Source: Usitatibacter sp. (GTDB lineage Bacteria > Pseudomonadota > Gammaproteobacteria > Burkholderiales > Usitatibacteraceae). Taken from it: a DNA stretch of 59,904 nucleotides. Positions 8,817 through 17,550 of the stretch are shown here, one piece after another. Under the pieces are notes generated by a model. That model was not told the origin of the DNA and ran no database searches. It saw nothing but the letters and a program-made list of their open reading frames with translations. Location: assembly GCA_039929025.1 (NCBI GenBank), contig JBDSRZ010000162.1:1-59904 (forward strand), given 5' to 3'. The stretch's first letter is position 1. Each line of letters starts with the position of its first letter. Position numbers and translations under genes: made by a program.

Positions 8817-10091
8817 GTGATGAACTGGGAAGAAGTCCAGGCATGGATCGCCCTCTCCGGCGGCCTGATCGTGATCGGCGCGCTGGCGCAGGTCGTGTTC
8901 GGGGTGGTGAGGGGTGCGCAGGACGTGGTGCTCGCGCGGCGCCGCAACGAGCTGCAGCTCGAGCGGCTGCGCCAGTCGGTCGCCTCCGCGACGCTTGTGC
9001 GCGAGATGGCCGAGCAGCGCGAGATCGGATCCTGGTCCGGCACGCGCAAGTTCCGCATCGCGGCCAAGCGCATGGAAGCCGACGACGTCTGCTCGTTCTA
9101 CTTCGTGCCCCATGACCGCAAGCCCTTGCCGGGCTTCCGGCCCGGCCAGTACCTCACCTTCAGCCTGCGCCTGCCGGACCGCGACAAGCCGCTGGTGCGC
9201 TGCTATTCGCTTTCCGACAGCCCGTTCCAGCGCGACCATTACCGCGTCACCATCAAGCGGCTCTCCCCGCCGCCCGGAGCGGGCGACGCGCCGCCCGGGC
9301 TTTCGTCCACCTTCTTCCATCGCGACCTCAACGAAGGCGACATCGTCGACGTGAAGGCGCCCGCGGGCGCCTTCTGCCTCGACCTCGCGGAGCACCGGCC
9401 GGTCGTATTCATCGCCGGCGGCATCGGCCTTACGCCGCTCTTCAGCATGCTCAAGGCGATCTGCGAGTCGGGATCGAAGCGTGAAGCGTGGTTCTTCTAC
9501 GGAATCCGCCATGGCGGCGAGCACGTCTTCCGCGAGGAGCTGCAGCGCTTCGCGCCGAAACACGAGAACGTGAAGCTCGTGGTCTGCTACGACGCACCGC
9601 GCGCCGGCGACCAGAGCGGCGTGTCGCATCACCTCGAGGAGCGGGTGAGCACGGACCTGCTGAAGAGGACGCTGCCGTCGAGCAACTACGACTTCTATGT
9701 GTGCGGGCCGCCGCCGATGATGGCGGCGCTCACCCAGGGACTCGCCGCCTGGGGCGTGCCCGAAGAGCGCATCTTCACCGAAGCGTTCGGGCCCGCTTCG
9801 GTGAAGACGATCGAGAAGCCGGCGCCGCTGGTTTCGCCCCAGCCCCAGGTCACGTTCGCGCGCAGCGGCAAGACCGTCGCCTGGGACGGCGGCGACAACC
9901 TGCTCGAATTCGCGGAAGCGCACGGGGTGAAGCCGGATTTCGGCTGCCGCGCCGGCGGGTGCGCGACCTGCATGACGGCCGTCAAGTCGGGGGAAGTGAC
10001 CTACGTCCGGGCGCCGGATGCCAGGCCGGATTCCGGATCGTGCCTGATCTGCGTCGCGCGACCGAAGACGGACCTTGTCCTGGATGCATGA
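8817..10091 (+). CDS. Membrane-anchored FAD/NAD(P)-binding reductase with C-terminal [2Fe-2S] domain (FNR/Hcr/PaaE-like)
   Basis: N-terminal hydrophobic helix; RCYSL, AGGIGLTP, YVCGP, EAF; CRAGGCATC...C ferredoxin motif. Confidence 0.9.
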   Translation: MMNWEEVQAWIALSGGLIVIGALAQVVFGVVRGAQDVVLARRRNELQLERLRQSVASATLVREMAEQREIGSWSGTRKFRIAAKRMEADDVCSFYFVPHDRKPLPGFRPGQYLTFSLRLPDRDKPLVRCYSLSDSPFQRDHYRVTIKRLSPPPGAGDAPPGLSSTFFHRDLNEGDIVDVKAPAGAFCLDLAEHRPVVFIAGGIGLTPLFSMLKAICESGSKREAWFFYGIRHGGEHVFREELQRFAPKHENVKLVVCYDAPRAGDQSGVSHHLEERVSTDLLKRTLPSSNYDFYVCGPPPMMAALTQGLAAWGVPEERIFTEAFGPASVKTIEKPAPLVSPQPQVTFARSGKTVAWDGGDNLLEFAEAHGVKPDFGCRAGGCATCMTAVKSGEVTYVRAPDARPDSGSCLICVARPKTDLVLDA

Positions 10092-10131
10092 TGCAGCCGC
10101 GTTTTTTTCGCCAATTCGAAGGAGGCAGCCA

Positions 10132-11169
10132 ATGAGATACCTGCAACTGACGCGTCGCGCCGTGTTGACCGCGGCCGCGGCGCTTTCGCTCGGCCTTTTC
10201 TCCGCGGGCCTTCAGTCGCAGGAGCTGCGCCTGGATCCGAAGCGCGTCAAGGGCCCCGACGCGTGCGGAGAATGCCACGAAAAGAGCGTCATGGCCTGGC
10301 GCGAGATGAAGCACGCGAAGACGTTCAAGGACCTGCCGCGCAGCGACAAGGCGCGCGAGATCGCCGACAAGATGGGCGCCAAGCGAATCAAGAACGAGAG
10401 CGACTGCGTCTCGTGCCATTTCACCATGGCGATTCCGAAGGGCGAGTCCCAGCCGCAGGCGATCGCGGGCATCAGCTGCGAGTCGTGCCACGCCGCGGGC
10501 GCGGGCTACATCGACGTGCACAGCGACTTCGGCGGCAAGGACGTCAAAGCCAAGGACGAGACGCCGGCCCACAAGAAGGCGCGATGGGAGAAGTCGGAAG
10601 CCGCGGGCATGGTGCGCCCGGGCAACCTGTACGCCGTCGCGAAGAACTGCTACCAGTGCCACACCGTCCCCAACGAGAAGCTCGTGAACGTCGGCGGGCA
10701 CGCGGCGGGCAGCGACTTCGAGCTGGTGGCGTGGAGCCAGGGCGAGATGCGCCACAACGTCTGGTACACCGACGGCAAGCAGAACAAGGAGGCGAGCGTC
10801 GAGCGTCGCCGCCTGCTCTACGTGGTCGGCCAGGCGCTGGACCTCGAATACGCGCTGCGCGGCGTGGCCAAGGCCACCGCCAAGGACAAGTACGCCGTCG
10901 CGATGGCGCAGCGCGCGCGCAAGGCGGCGCTCGGAATGAAGAAGGTCTCGGACGCCGGCGTGAAGATCCCCGAAGTCGCCGAGATCCTCAGGATCGCCGG
11001 CGCGGCCGAGGTGAAGCTGAGCAACGAAAAGCCGCTCCTCGCCGCGGCCGAAGCGGTCTCCACGCAGGCGAAGCTCATCGCGACGAAGTACAACGGCAGC
11101 GAGCTCGCGCCGGTCGATGGATTGCTGCCCGCGGCGGCAAGCTACAAGGGCAAGGCGTACACGCCATGA
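10132..11169 (+). CDS. Exported tetraheme cytochrome c (c554-like) with helical C-terminal domain
   Basis: GGAGG RBS at 10121-10125, ATG 10132; CGECH, CVSCH, CESCH, CYQCH. Confidence 0.88.
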   Translation: MRYLQLTRRAVLTAAAALSLGLFSAGLQSQELRLDPKRVKGPDACGECHEKSVMAWREMKHAKTFKDLPRSDKAREIADKMGAKRIKNESDCVSCHFTMAIPKGESQPQAIAGISCESCHAAGAGYIDVHSDFGGKDVKAKDETPAHKKARWEKSEAAGMVRPGNLYAVAKNCYQCHTVPNEKLVNVGGHAAGSDFELVAWSQGEMRHNVWYTDGKQNKEASVERRRLLYVVGQALDLEYALRGVAKATAKDKYAVAMAQRARKAALGMKKVSDAGVKIPEVAEILRIAGAAEVKLSNEKPLLAAAEAVSTQAKLIATKYNGSELAPVDGLLPAAASYKGKAYTP

Positions 11170-11188
11170 CGCCGCGGGGAATCGCGCG

Positions 11189-12931
11189 ATGAGCAACGTG
11201 ACGACCGTACCGCGTCCGCAGCGTTGGCAGACGCCGTTCGGCGACATGTCGGACGTGGACGTCGAGCGCGTGATGGCGCTCCAGCCGTTCGCAGGGATGG
11301 ATCGCTCGCGCTTCGTCGCGCCCATGACCCTGGACGGCATCGTCCGCCACGACATGCGGGTCGTGCGCTACCGCGGCGGCGACATCGTGGTACGGGAGGG
11401 CGACTACGGCAATTCCGCCTTCCTCATCCTCTCGGGGCGCCTGCGAGCGATCCTGCCACCGGGCCTTCCCTCCGAGCTGCTCGGCCGGGCTCCCGAAGAG
11501 CCGAGGAGCGCCTGGTCGGCGCTCTCGCAGCTCTGGCGCAATCCGAAGATGCCGGAGGTCCGCGACGCCGCGCGCTACGCCCGCCATGGCAGGGCGGGCG
11601 ACCCGGGCGACGACGAGCGCACCGGCATCTTCATGCAGGATCTTCCCCGCGTGCTCGACCGGTACGAAACCATCACGATGCAGGAAGGCGAGCTCTTCGG
11701 CGAGATCGCCGCGCTCGGCCGCACGCCGCGGCTGGTGACGGTGATAGCCGACGGCGACGCCGAGCTGCTCGAGATGCGCTGGCAGGGGCTGCGCGAGATC
11801 CGGCTGCGCGACGAGGCTTTCCGGCGCCACGTCGAAACGCTCTACCGCACGCGCAGCCTGCATGGACACCTGCGCGCCACCGAGCTCTTCCGGCACCTTC
11901 CCGCAGAGGTGCTCGATGCGATCGCCGACGAGACGTTGTTCGAGACCTACGGCAACTTCGAGTGGCATGCGAGCTACAAGCGCTTCGCCGCCGATCCGCC
12001 GGAGGTGCGCCTCGCGCGCGAGCCCGTGATCGTGGGCGAAGGCGACTACCCGGACGGATTGCTGCTCATCCGCTCCGGCTTCGGGCGGGTGACCAAGCGC
12101 TTCAACCATGGCGAGCGCACGCTGCGCTACCTGGGACGCGGCGGCGTCTTCGGCCTGGCAGAGATCCTGGACAACTGGCAGAGGTCGGCTTCGGGCGCTC
12201 TCGACGCCACGTTGCGCGCCGTCGGCTACACCGACGTGCTGCGGGTGCCGACGGCGACCGTCGAGCGGCACGTCTTGAACAGCATGTCCGCGGCCGATCT
12301 CGCGCGCGTGTCGCGCACGGTCTTCCTGCCCGGGCAGGGCGAAGCGCGTCCCGAAGCGGGCGCCGCGCCGATCGCCGCGGCGTCGACGAAGCAAATGGAC
12401 CCCGAGCTCCTTGAAATGCTCGTCGATTACCGCTTCGTCAACGCCACGGCGGCGATGGTCATCAACCTGGAGCGTTGCGTTCGTTGCGACGCTTGCGTCG
12501 ATGCCTGCGCCCAGGCGCACGGCAACAATCCGCGATTCGTGCGGCACGGCGTGCGCTTCGGCCCGATCATGATCGCCAACGCCTGCCTGCACTGCGCCGA
12601 CCCGGTGTGCATGATCGGCTGTCCGACGGGCGCCATCCACCGCTCGGACAGGGGCGGCCAGGTGGTCGTGAACGACGATACCTGCATCGGCTGCGCCACC
12701 TGCGCCAACAGCTGCCCCTACGACAACATCCGCATGGTCGAGGTGCGCGGTGCGGACGGACGCTTCATCTACGACGAGACCACCCGGCAGCCGATTCGCA
12801 AGGCGACGAAATGCGACCTGTGCCTCGACCAGCCGGGAGGGCCGGCATGCCAGCGCGCGTGCCCGCACGACGCGCTCGCGCGCATCGACCTGCGCGACCC
12901 GCAGCAGATCGCAGAGTGGGTGCAGCGTTGA
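11189..12931 (+). CDS. Tandem cyclic-nucleotide-binding domains fused to a DmsB-type 4x[4Fe-4S] ferredoxin
   Basis: VVREGDYGNSAFLILSG and FGEIAALGRTPR (domain A); IVGEGDYPDGLLLIRSG (domain B); four Cys groups CVRCDACVDAC, CLHCADPVCMIGCP, CIGCATCANSCP, CDLCLDQPGGPACQRACP. Confidence 0.88.
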   Translation: MSNVTTVPRPQRWQTPFGDMSDVDVERVMALQPFAGMDRSRFVAPMTLDGIVRHDMRVVRYRGGDIVVREGDYGNSAFLILSGRLRAILPPGLPSELLGRAPEEPRSAWSALSQLWRNPKMPEVRDAARYARHGRAGDPGDDERTGIFMQDLPRVLDRYETITMQEGELFGEIAALGRTPRLVTVIADGDAELLEMRWQGLREIRLRDEAFRRHVETLYRTRSLHGHLRATELFRHLPAEVLDAIADETLFETYGNFEWHASYKRFAADPPEVRLAREPVIVGEGDYPDGLLLIRSGFGRVTKRFNHGERTLRYLGRGGVFGLAEILDNWQRSASGALDATLRAVGYTDVLRVPTATVERHVLNSMSAADLARVSRTVFLPGQGEARPEAGAAPIAAASTKQMDPELLEMLVDYRFVNATAAMVINLERCVRCDACVDACAQAHGNNPRFVRHGVRFGPIMIANACLHCADPVCMIGCPTGAIHRSDRGGQVVVNDDTCIGCATCANSCPYDNIRMVEVRGADGRFIYDETTRQPIRKATKCDLCLDQPGGPACQRACPHDALARIDLRDPQQIAEWVQR

Positions 12932-13749
12932 TCTCGTTCGCCGCGAGGCGCCGCCGCAACATGGCGTGGCTCGGCGCGGCGGTCGCGGCGATCGCGGCCG
13001 CGTACGGGGCGTACCGGCTGACCCTGCACCGCGCCGAGCTGCTGACCGGTTGGCTTCTCTTCGCGCTTGTCCTGGTGCTTGCCCTGTACAACCTGCGCAA
13101 GCGCATCGCGATATATCCGCTCGGCGCCGCCTCGGCGTGGCTCCAGCTTCACGTGTACCTCGGCCTGCTTGCGGTGGCCGCTTTCGTGGCACACACCGGC
13201 GCCGTGTGGCCGCACGGAATCCTGGAGCGCCTGCTCGTGGTTAGCTTCGTGCTAGTGGCCGCGACGGGCGTGCTGGGACTGTACTGGTCGCGCAGGCTGC
13301 CCAATCGCCTGACCCGGCGCGGAGAGGAAGTCATCTTCGAGCGCATTCCCGGCTTCATCGCCCGGCTGCGGCGCGAGGCCGAGGAGGCGGTGGAGATGGC
13401 GGCGCGCGAGGCCGGCTCCGCCACGCTCGCCGATCACTATAGAGAGCATCTGGCGCGCTACTTCGCGGCGCCTCGCAACATCCTCGCCCATCTTCACGGC
13501 GCCGGCGGTCCGAACTATGCGCTGCTCAACCAGCTCGACGCGCTGAAGCGCCACCTCGACGAGAAGGAGCGCGTGCAACACGAGAAGCTGCGCGCGCTCG
13601 TCGAAAAGAAGGAGGAGCTGGACTTCCACTACGCCCTGCAGCTTGCGCTGAAGGCGTGGCTTTTCGTGCACGTGCCGCTCGGCGGCATGCTGCTGATGCT
13701 CATCGCCGTGCACCTCGTTTCGGCCCTGGCCTTCAGCGGCGGCCTGTAG
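12928..13749 (+). CDS. Integral membrane protein with four His in predicted helices (possible heme-b protein)
   Basis: TTG start overlapping upstream TGA (alternative ATG 12961); WLQLHVYLG, FVAHTG, WLFVHVPL, IAVHLV. Confidence 0.75.
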   Translation: MISFAARRRRNMAWLGAAVAAIAAAYGAYRLTLHRAELLTGWLLFALVLVLALYNLRKRIAIYPLGAASAWLQLHVYLGLLAVAAFVAHTGAVWPHGILERLLVVSFVLVAATGVLGLYWSRRLPNRLTRRGEEVIFERIPGFIARLRREAEEAVEMAAREAGSATLADHYREHLARYFAAPRNILAHLHGAGGPNYALLNQLDALKRHLDEKERVQHEKLRALVEKKEELDFHYALQLALKAWLFVHVPLGGMLLMLIAVHLVSALAFSGGL

Positions 13750-13768
13750 CTCCCTCGTCATCGACGCG

Positions 13769-15961
13769 ATGGAGCCCCTCCAGACTTTCGATTTTCGCAG
13801 CAGCCGCTACGAGCGGCCGAACCAGGAATGGATTTGCGGTTGGGCACGCGAGGGCCGCGCATGCCCCCTTGGCCCCGATACGCGCGGCCATTGTCGCGCC
13901 ACGAGCGAATGCCGGCCGGTCGATCGGGCGGGCCGGTGGGAATGCACGCGCTCGGAGGTCGCCGGCGGCCGCTGCGCGGACGGCCCGCTGCCCGACGGAT
14001 GTTGTGCGCACTCGATCATCCGCTGCCGCCCGCTGCGTAGCGTGAAGGGCCGGCGCCGGGCGGTCGCCCGGTGGGTGGCCGTGGTGACCTTTGGGCTGCT
14101 GGTCTTCGTCCTGGGCCGGGGTTTCTGGGCGCCTCTCATCGACCCGGGGCCGCTCAGCCCTGCCCACGCCGGCATCGCCGATTGCCGCACCTGCCATGCC
14201 GCGGCGCAGGGCGACCCCATGGGCTGGCTCCCGGCCGCCTTCGGCAGTGCGCTTGCCCACCGCTCCGGCAGCCGCAGTTGCCTTGAATGCCATGCCTTCG
14301 GCAAGACTCCGCTCGCCCCGCATGGCCTGCCCGCCACGCAGCTGGCTTCCATGCGGGAGGCCGCGACGGCAAGGACGAGTGGGAGCGCACCACTGGCGCT
14401 GAAGGCCGCGCGCATGATCACGCCCGAGACTCCGGCGCAGCTCGAGTGCGCGACGTGTCATCGTGAGCATGGCAGCAGCATCGCGGCGTCGGTGAGCGCC
14501 GGCCGTTGCCAGGTTTGCCATGCCGCCGCGTTCGAGAGCCTCGCGCAGGGGCATCCCGCATTCGCCCGCTATCCCGCCAAGCGCCGCACGCGCATCAACT
14601 TCGATCACGCCGCCCACATCGGCAAGCATTTTCCCGAGAAGGTCGACCTCAAGCCGCCGGGCAAGTGCACGGACTGCCACGACCCCGAGCCCGGTGGGCG
14701 GCTCATGGCGGTCAAGACCTTCGAAGCCACCTGCGCCGCGTGCCACGCCGTGGACGTCGAGGGAACCAAGCGGACCGACGCCCGTGGCCTTGCGTTCCTC
14801 CAGTTGCCCGGCCTCGACCTCGAGGCGCTCGGCAAGCGCGGCGTGGCGATCGGGGATTGGCCGGAATACGCAGAAGCGCGGATATCGCCGCTGACGGACC
14901 TCCTGCTTTCGAGCGAGGACACCTATCGGAGCGCCCGCTCGCGCCTGCTGAAGGCGGACCTTACCGATCTGCCCGACAGCCAGCATGATGCGGATGCGCA
15001 GGTGCTCGCCTGGAGCATCAAGATGGTCGTCGAAGACCTGCAAACGGGCGGTGCGCTCGCCTGGCAGCGCCGGCTCGAGTCGGCGCTCGGCGCCCCGCTT
15101 ACGCCCGAGCAGCGGCGTGCGCTGACCGGGCAGCTGCCCGCCGCCGCGGTCGACGAAATACAGCGCGAGTGGTTTCCCCGGCTCGCCGAAGACCTGCGCA
15201 AGCATCGCGGCGGCGGCGCGGCGCCGCTGAATGTGGTGCGCGCCGTTCGCGCGCCAGCCAAGGCCCCTGAGGCGAAGCCGCAAAAGGAGGCATCGGGCGA
15301 ATTCGACAAGCTCTTCGGCGCGGGTGGCCTGCTCGGCTCGGAGGAAAAGGAAAAAGCGTCCGGCGAGGGGCCGGCGGTGCCCGCCGCCCAGGCGCAGAAG
15401 CGCCCCGCTTCCAGCGCCGAGGAACGCATGGCATCGGGCGGCTGGTATCGGGACGAAGATGCGCTTCGTTATCGGCCCGGCGGCCATCGAGACGACTTCA
15501 TGAGGGCCTGGCTCGATGCAGCGGCCGGCTCGCCCGCGTTCGATGCGCTCTCCGATCCGAAGAAGACCGCCGGGGCTTGCGCGAAATGCCACAGCATCGA
15601 TGCCGCGGGCGCAGGCCAGGCCCTCGTCAATTGGTCGCCGGCCCGCGGCGACCCGACGCAGCACTCGCCTACCGTGTTCTCGCACGTGAAGCACTTCAGC
15701 ATGCTCGGCGAGAAGGGCTGCTCGACGTGCCACACACTCGACCGCAAGGCCGATTACACCGCGGCCTTCGCCGGCCGCGATCCGAGTCGTTTCGCGAGCA
15801 ACTTCGCGAACATTCGCCGCGAGACCTGCGTGGAATGCCACACCCCGGCGATGGCCGGCGACGCCTGCACGCTATGCCACCGGTATCACGTCGGGGAATT
15901 CTTGCCGACGTTGCCGGCGGCTGCGCTCGAGCGGATGTCGCGGCCTGCGTCGAAGCACTGA
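13769..15961 (+). CDS. Membrane-anchored decaheme cytochrome c with N-terminal Cys-rich domain
   Basis: CRTCH, CLECH, CATCH, CQVCH, CTDCH, CAACH, CAKCH, CSTCH, CVECH, CTLCH; nine further Cys precede one TM helix (WVAVVTFGLLVFVLG). Confidence 0.88.
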   Translation: MEPLQTFDFRSSRYERPNQEWICGWAREGRACPLGPDTRGHCRATSECRPVDRAGRWECTRSEVAGGRCADGPLPDGCCAHSIIRCRPLRSVKGRRRAVARWVAVVTFGLLVFVLGRGFWAPLIDPGPLSPAHAGIADCRTCHAAAQGDPMGWLPAAFGSALAHRSGSRSCLECHAFGKTPLAPHGLPATQLASMREAATARTSGSAPLALKAARMITPETPAQLECATCHREHGSSIAASVSAGRCQVCHAAAFESLAQGHPAFARYPAKRRTRINFDHAAHIGKHFPEKVDLKPPGKCTDCHDPEPGGRLMAVKTFEATCAACHAVDVEGTKRTDARGLAFLQLPGLDLEALGKRGVAIGDWPEYAEARISPLTDLLLSSEDTYRSARSRLLKADLTDLPDSQHDADAQVLAWSIKMVVEDLQTGGALAWQRRLESALGAPLTPEQRRALTGQLPAAAVDEIQREWFPRLAEDLRKHRGGGAAPLNVVRAVRAPAKAPEAKPQKEASGEFDKLFGAGGLLGSEEKEKASGEGPAVPAAQAQKRPASSAEERMASGGWYRDEDALRYRPGGHRDDFMRAWLDAAAGSPAFDALSDPKKTAGACAKCHSIDAAGAGQALVNWSPARGDPTQHSPTVFSHVKHFSMLGEKGCSTCHTLDRKADYTAAFAGRDPSRFASNFANIRRETCVECHTPAMAGDACTLCHRYHVGEFLPTLPAAALERMSRPASKH

Positions 15962-15967
15962 TGCGGT

Positions 15968-17458
15968 CTACCCCATCGTCGATGGATCATCGAGCGGATA
16001 AATCGGTCGCCGGATCTTGCGATAGGTGAACTGCGTCCAGTCGGATGAAGCCACCCCGATCCCATCGCACAGCACCGAGCCCTTGGCGATCGGCAGGAAC
16101 ACGGGGCGGTAGTACATGCGTGACTTGAGCAGCAGGTAACGCTGGACCTCCGGCCGGATGCCGACGCTTTCGAACACGCCGCGATCCCACGGCTCCTGGT
16201 TGCGCTCGGTGACGACGATTTGCGCATCCCCTGTATCGAGCACGGCGGTGCGGCCCATGTAGCAGCGCGTGCCGGTGAACTGAGGCCCGCTGATGGTGTA
16301 TTCGCCGTCCGTGATGTTGCGCACGATGCCAGTCAGCTGCATCGGTTCGCCCTTGCGGCCGATAGCGGGCATGTCCACCTTGCCGCCCACCGGCAGCGTG
16401 ACGCGGTTGCCGATGCCCGCCTCCACCATGCGCGCCACCGCCTCGGGGTCGCGCACCGGGCCCATGGCGATGCCGGTGAGGCCCATGCGAAGGGCGGCCT
16501 CGAGGACGTGCATGCTGTCCTGGGTTGCACCCGACGCGCAATTGTCGGCATGGTCGAGGAGCAGCACCGGCCCGCCGCTCTCCTCGCCGATGCGTTTGGC
16601 TTCGGCGAGGGCGTCATCCAGCGATCGACCGCGATAGATGAAGTCCTCCTTCTGCCGCCACGCCGTATCGAGTATGGCGTCGCAGGCCGCCTGGGCCGCG
16701 GCGCGATTGCGGTCGGCGACGACCACGACGCTGATGCCGGCCTCGTGGATGTCCGCCAGCTGGAATCCGCCAAAAGCGCTCGCGGCCAACATCCCCCCGC
16801 GTTCCGCCCCACGGGCCGCGCCGACGAAATCCCGCATCGCGCCTTCCGCGGTGTTCTGCCGGAGCGTATGGGCGAGCAGGGGCCGGTTGCCCCAGGCCAT
16901 GACGGGTTCGATCTCGCCTTTCAAATATCGCAGCAGGATGGTGCCGGCAAGCTGACCTGTTTCATATCCGTCGACGTGCGGATATGTCTTGTAGCCCGCA
17001 ATCACGTTGCAGTTGCGCACCATCCGATCGGTGAGATTCGCGTGCAGGTCCAGCGCGACGGCGATCGGAATGTCAGGCGCGATGGTGCGGATGCGCTCGA
17101 GCAGCGTGCCCTCGCCATCGTCGGTGCGGCCCTCCACCACCATGGCGCCGTGCAGGTCCAGGAACAGCGCGTCGCAACCCGGCCGGACCGCGTCGCAGAT
17201 CAGAGCGCAGATGCGGTCGTACGCGGCTGCGTCCACAGGCCCGCTCGGATGGGCCCAGGCCGCGATCGGCGTGACGATCTCTGCGCCTTCCTGGCGGGCC
17301 AGGTCGAGGTAGGCGGCCATGGGCACCCGCGTGCCATTGATCGCTTCCAACGCCTCGCGCCCGATCGACGGACCGTCGTTGCCGAACGCCTCCCACGGCG
17401 TGGGAATCGGCGAGAACGTGTTCGTCTCGTGCTTCAACGCCGCCATGACGAATTTCAT
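15968..17458 (-). CDS. M81-family metallopeptidase (MlrC-like)
   Basis: HETNTFSP, LDLHGAM, ALDLHAN, YKTYPHVD, LLKS motifs. Confidence 0.92.
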   Translation of the reverse strand: MKFVMAALKHETNTFSPIPTPWEAFGNDGPSIGREALEAINGTRVPMAAYLDLARQEGAEIVTPIAAWAHPSGPVDAAAYDRICALICDAVRPGCDALFLDLHGAMVVEGRTDDGEGTLLERIRTIAPDIPIAVALDLHANLTDRMVRNCNVIAGYKTYPHVDGYETGQLAGTILLRYLKGEIEPVMAWGNRPLLAHTLRQNTAEGAMRDFVGAARGAERGGMLAASAFGGFQLADIHEAGISVVVVADRNRAAAQAACDAILDTAWRQKEDFIYRGRSLDDALAEAKRIGEESGGPVLLLDHADNCASGATQDSMHVLEAALRMGLTGIAMGPVRDPEAVARMVEAGIGNRVTLPVGGKVDMPAIGRKGEPMQLTGIVRNITDGEYTISGPQFTGTRCYMGRTAVLDTGDAQIVVTERNQEPWDRGVFESVGIRPEVQRYLLLKSRMYYRPVFLPIAKGSVLCDGIGVASSDWTQFTYRKIRRPIYPLDDPSTMG

Positions 17459-17470
17459 GCGATGAATATT

Positions 17471-17549
17471 ACCGGGGACGGAACCTCTTTTCGCGGCAGC
17501 CGTCTAGAATCGGCGTTCTGCAGGTGAAATGAGGGTCCGTCCCCGGTTC
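17471..17549. repeat. Inverted REP-like doublet, family B (ACCGGGGACGGAACCTC ... GAGGGTCCGTCCCCGGT)
   Basis: Arms at 17471-17487 and 17531-17547; 17525-17548 is identical to 59325-59348. Confidence 0.75.
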
Positions 17550-17550
17550 C

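Noticed and set aside
5344-15841. Long antisense ORFs (680, 846, 705, 702 aa) over the cytochrome operon
   Set aside because: Shadow frames of GC-rich genes; no motifs, while the plus-strand ORFs have RBSs, motifs and coupling.
5449-15961. Naming the cluster mtrAB, nrf, hao or dsrMKJOP
   Set aside because: Heme counts, sizes and partner genes do not match; no CxxCK motif; the decaheme is membrane-anchored with hemes split 6+4.
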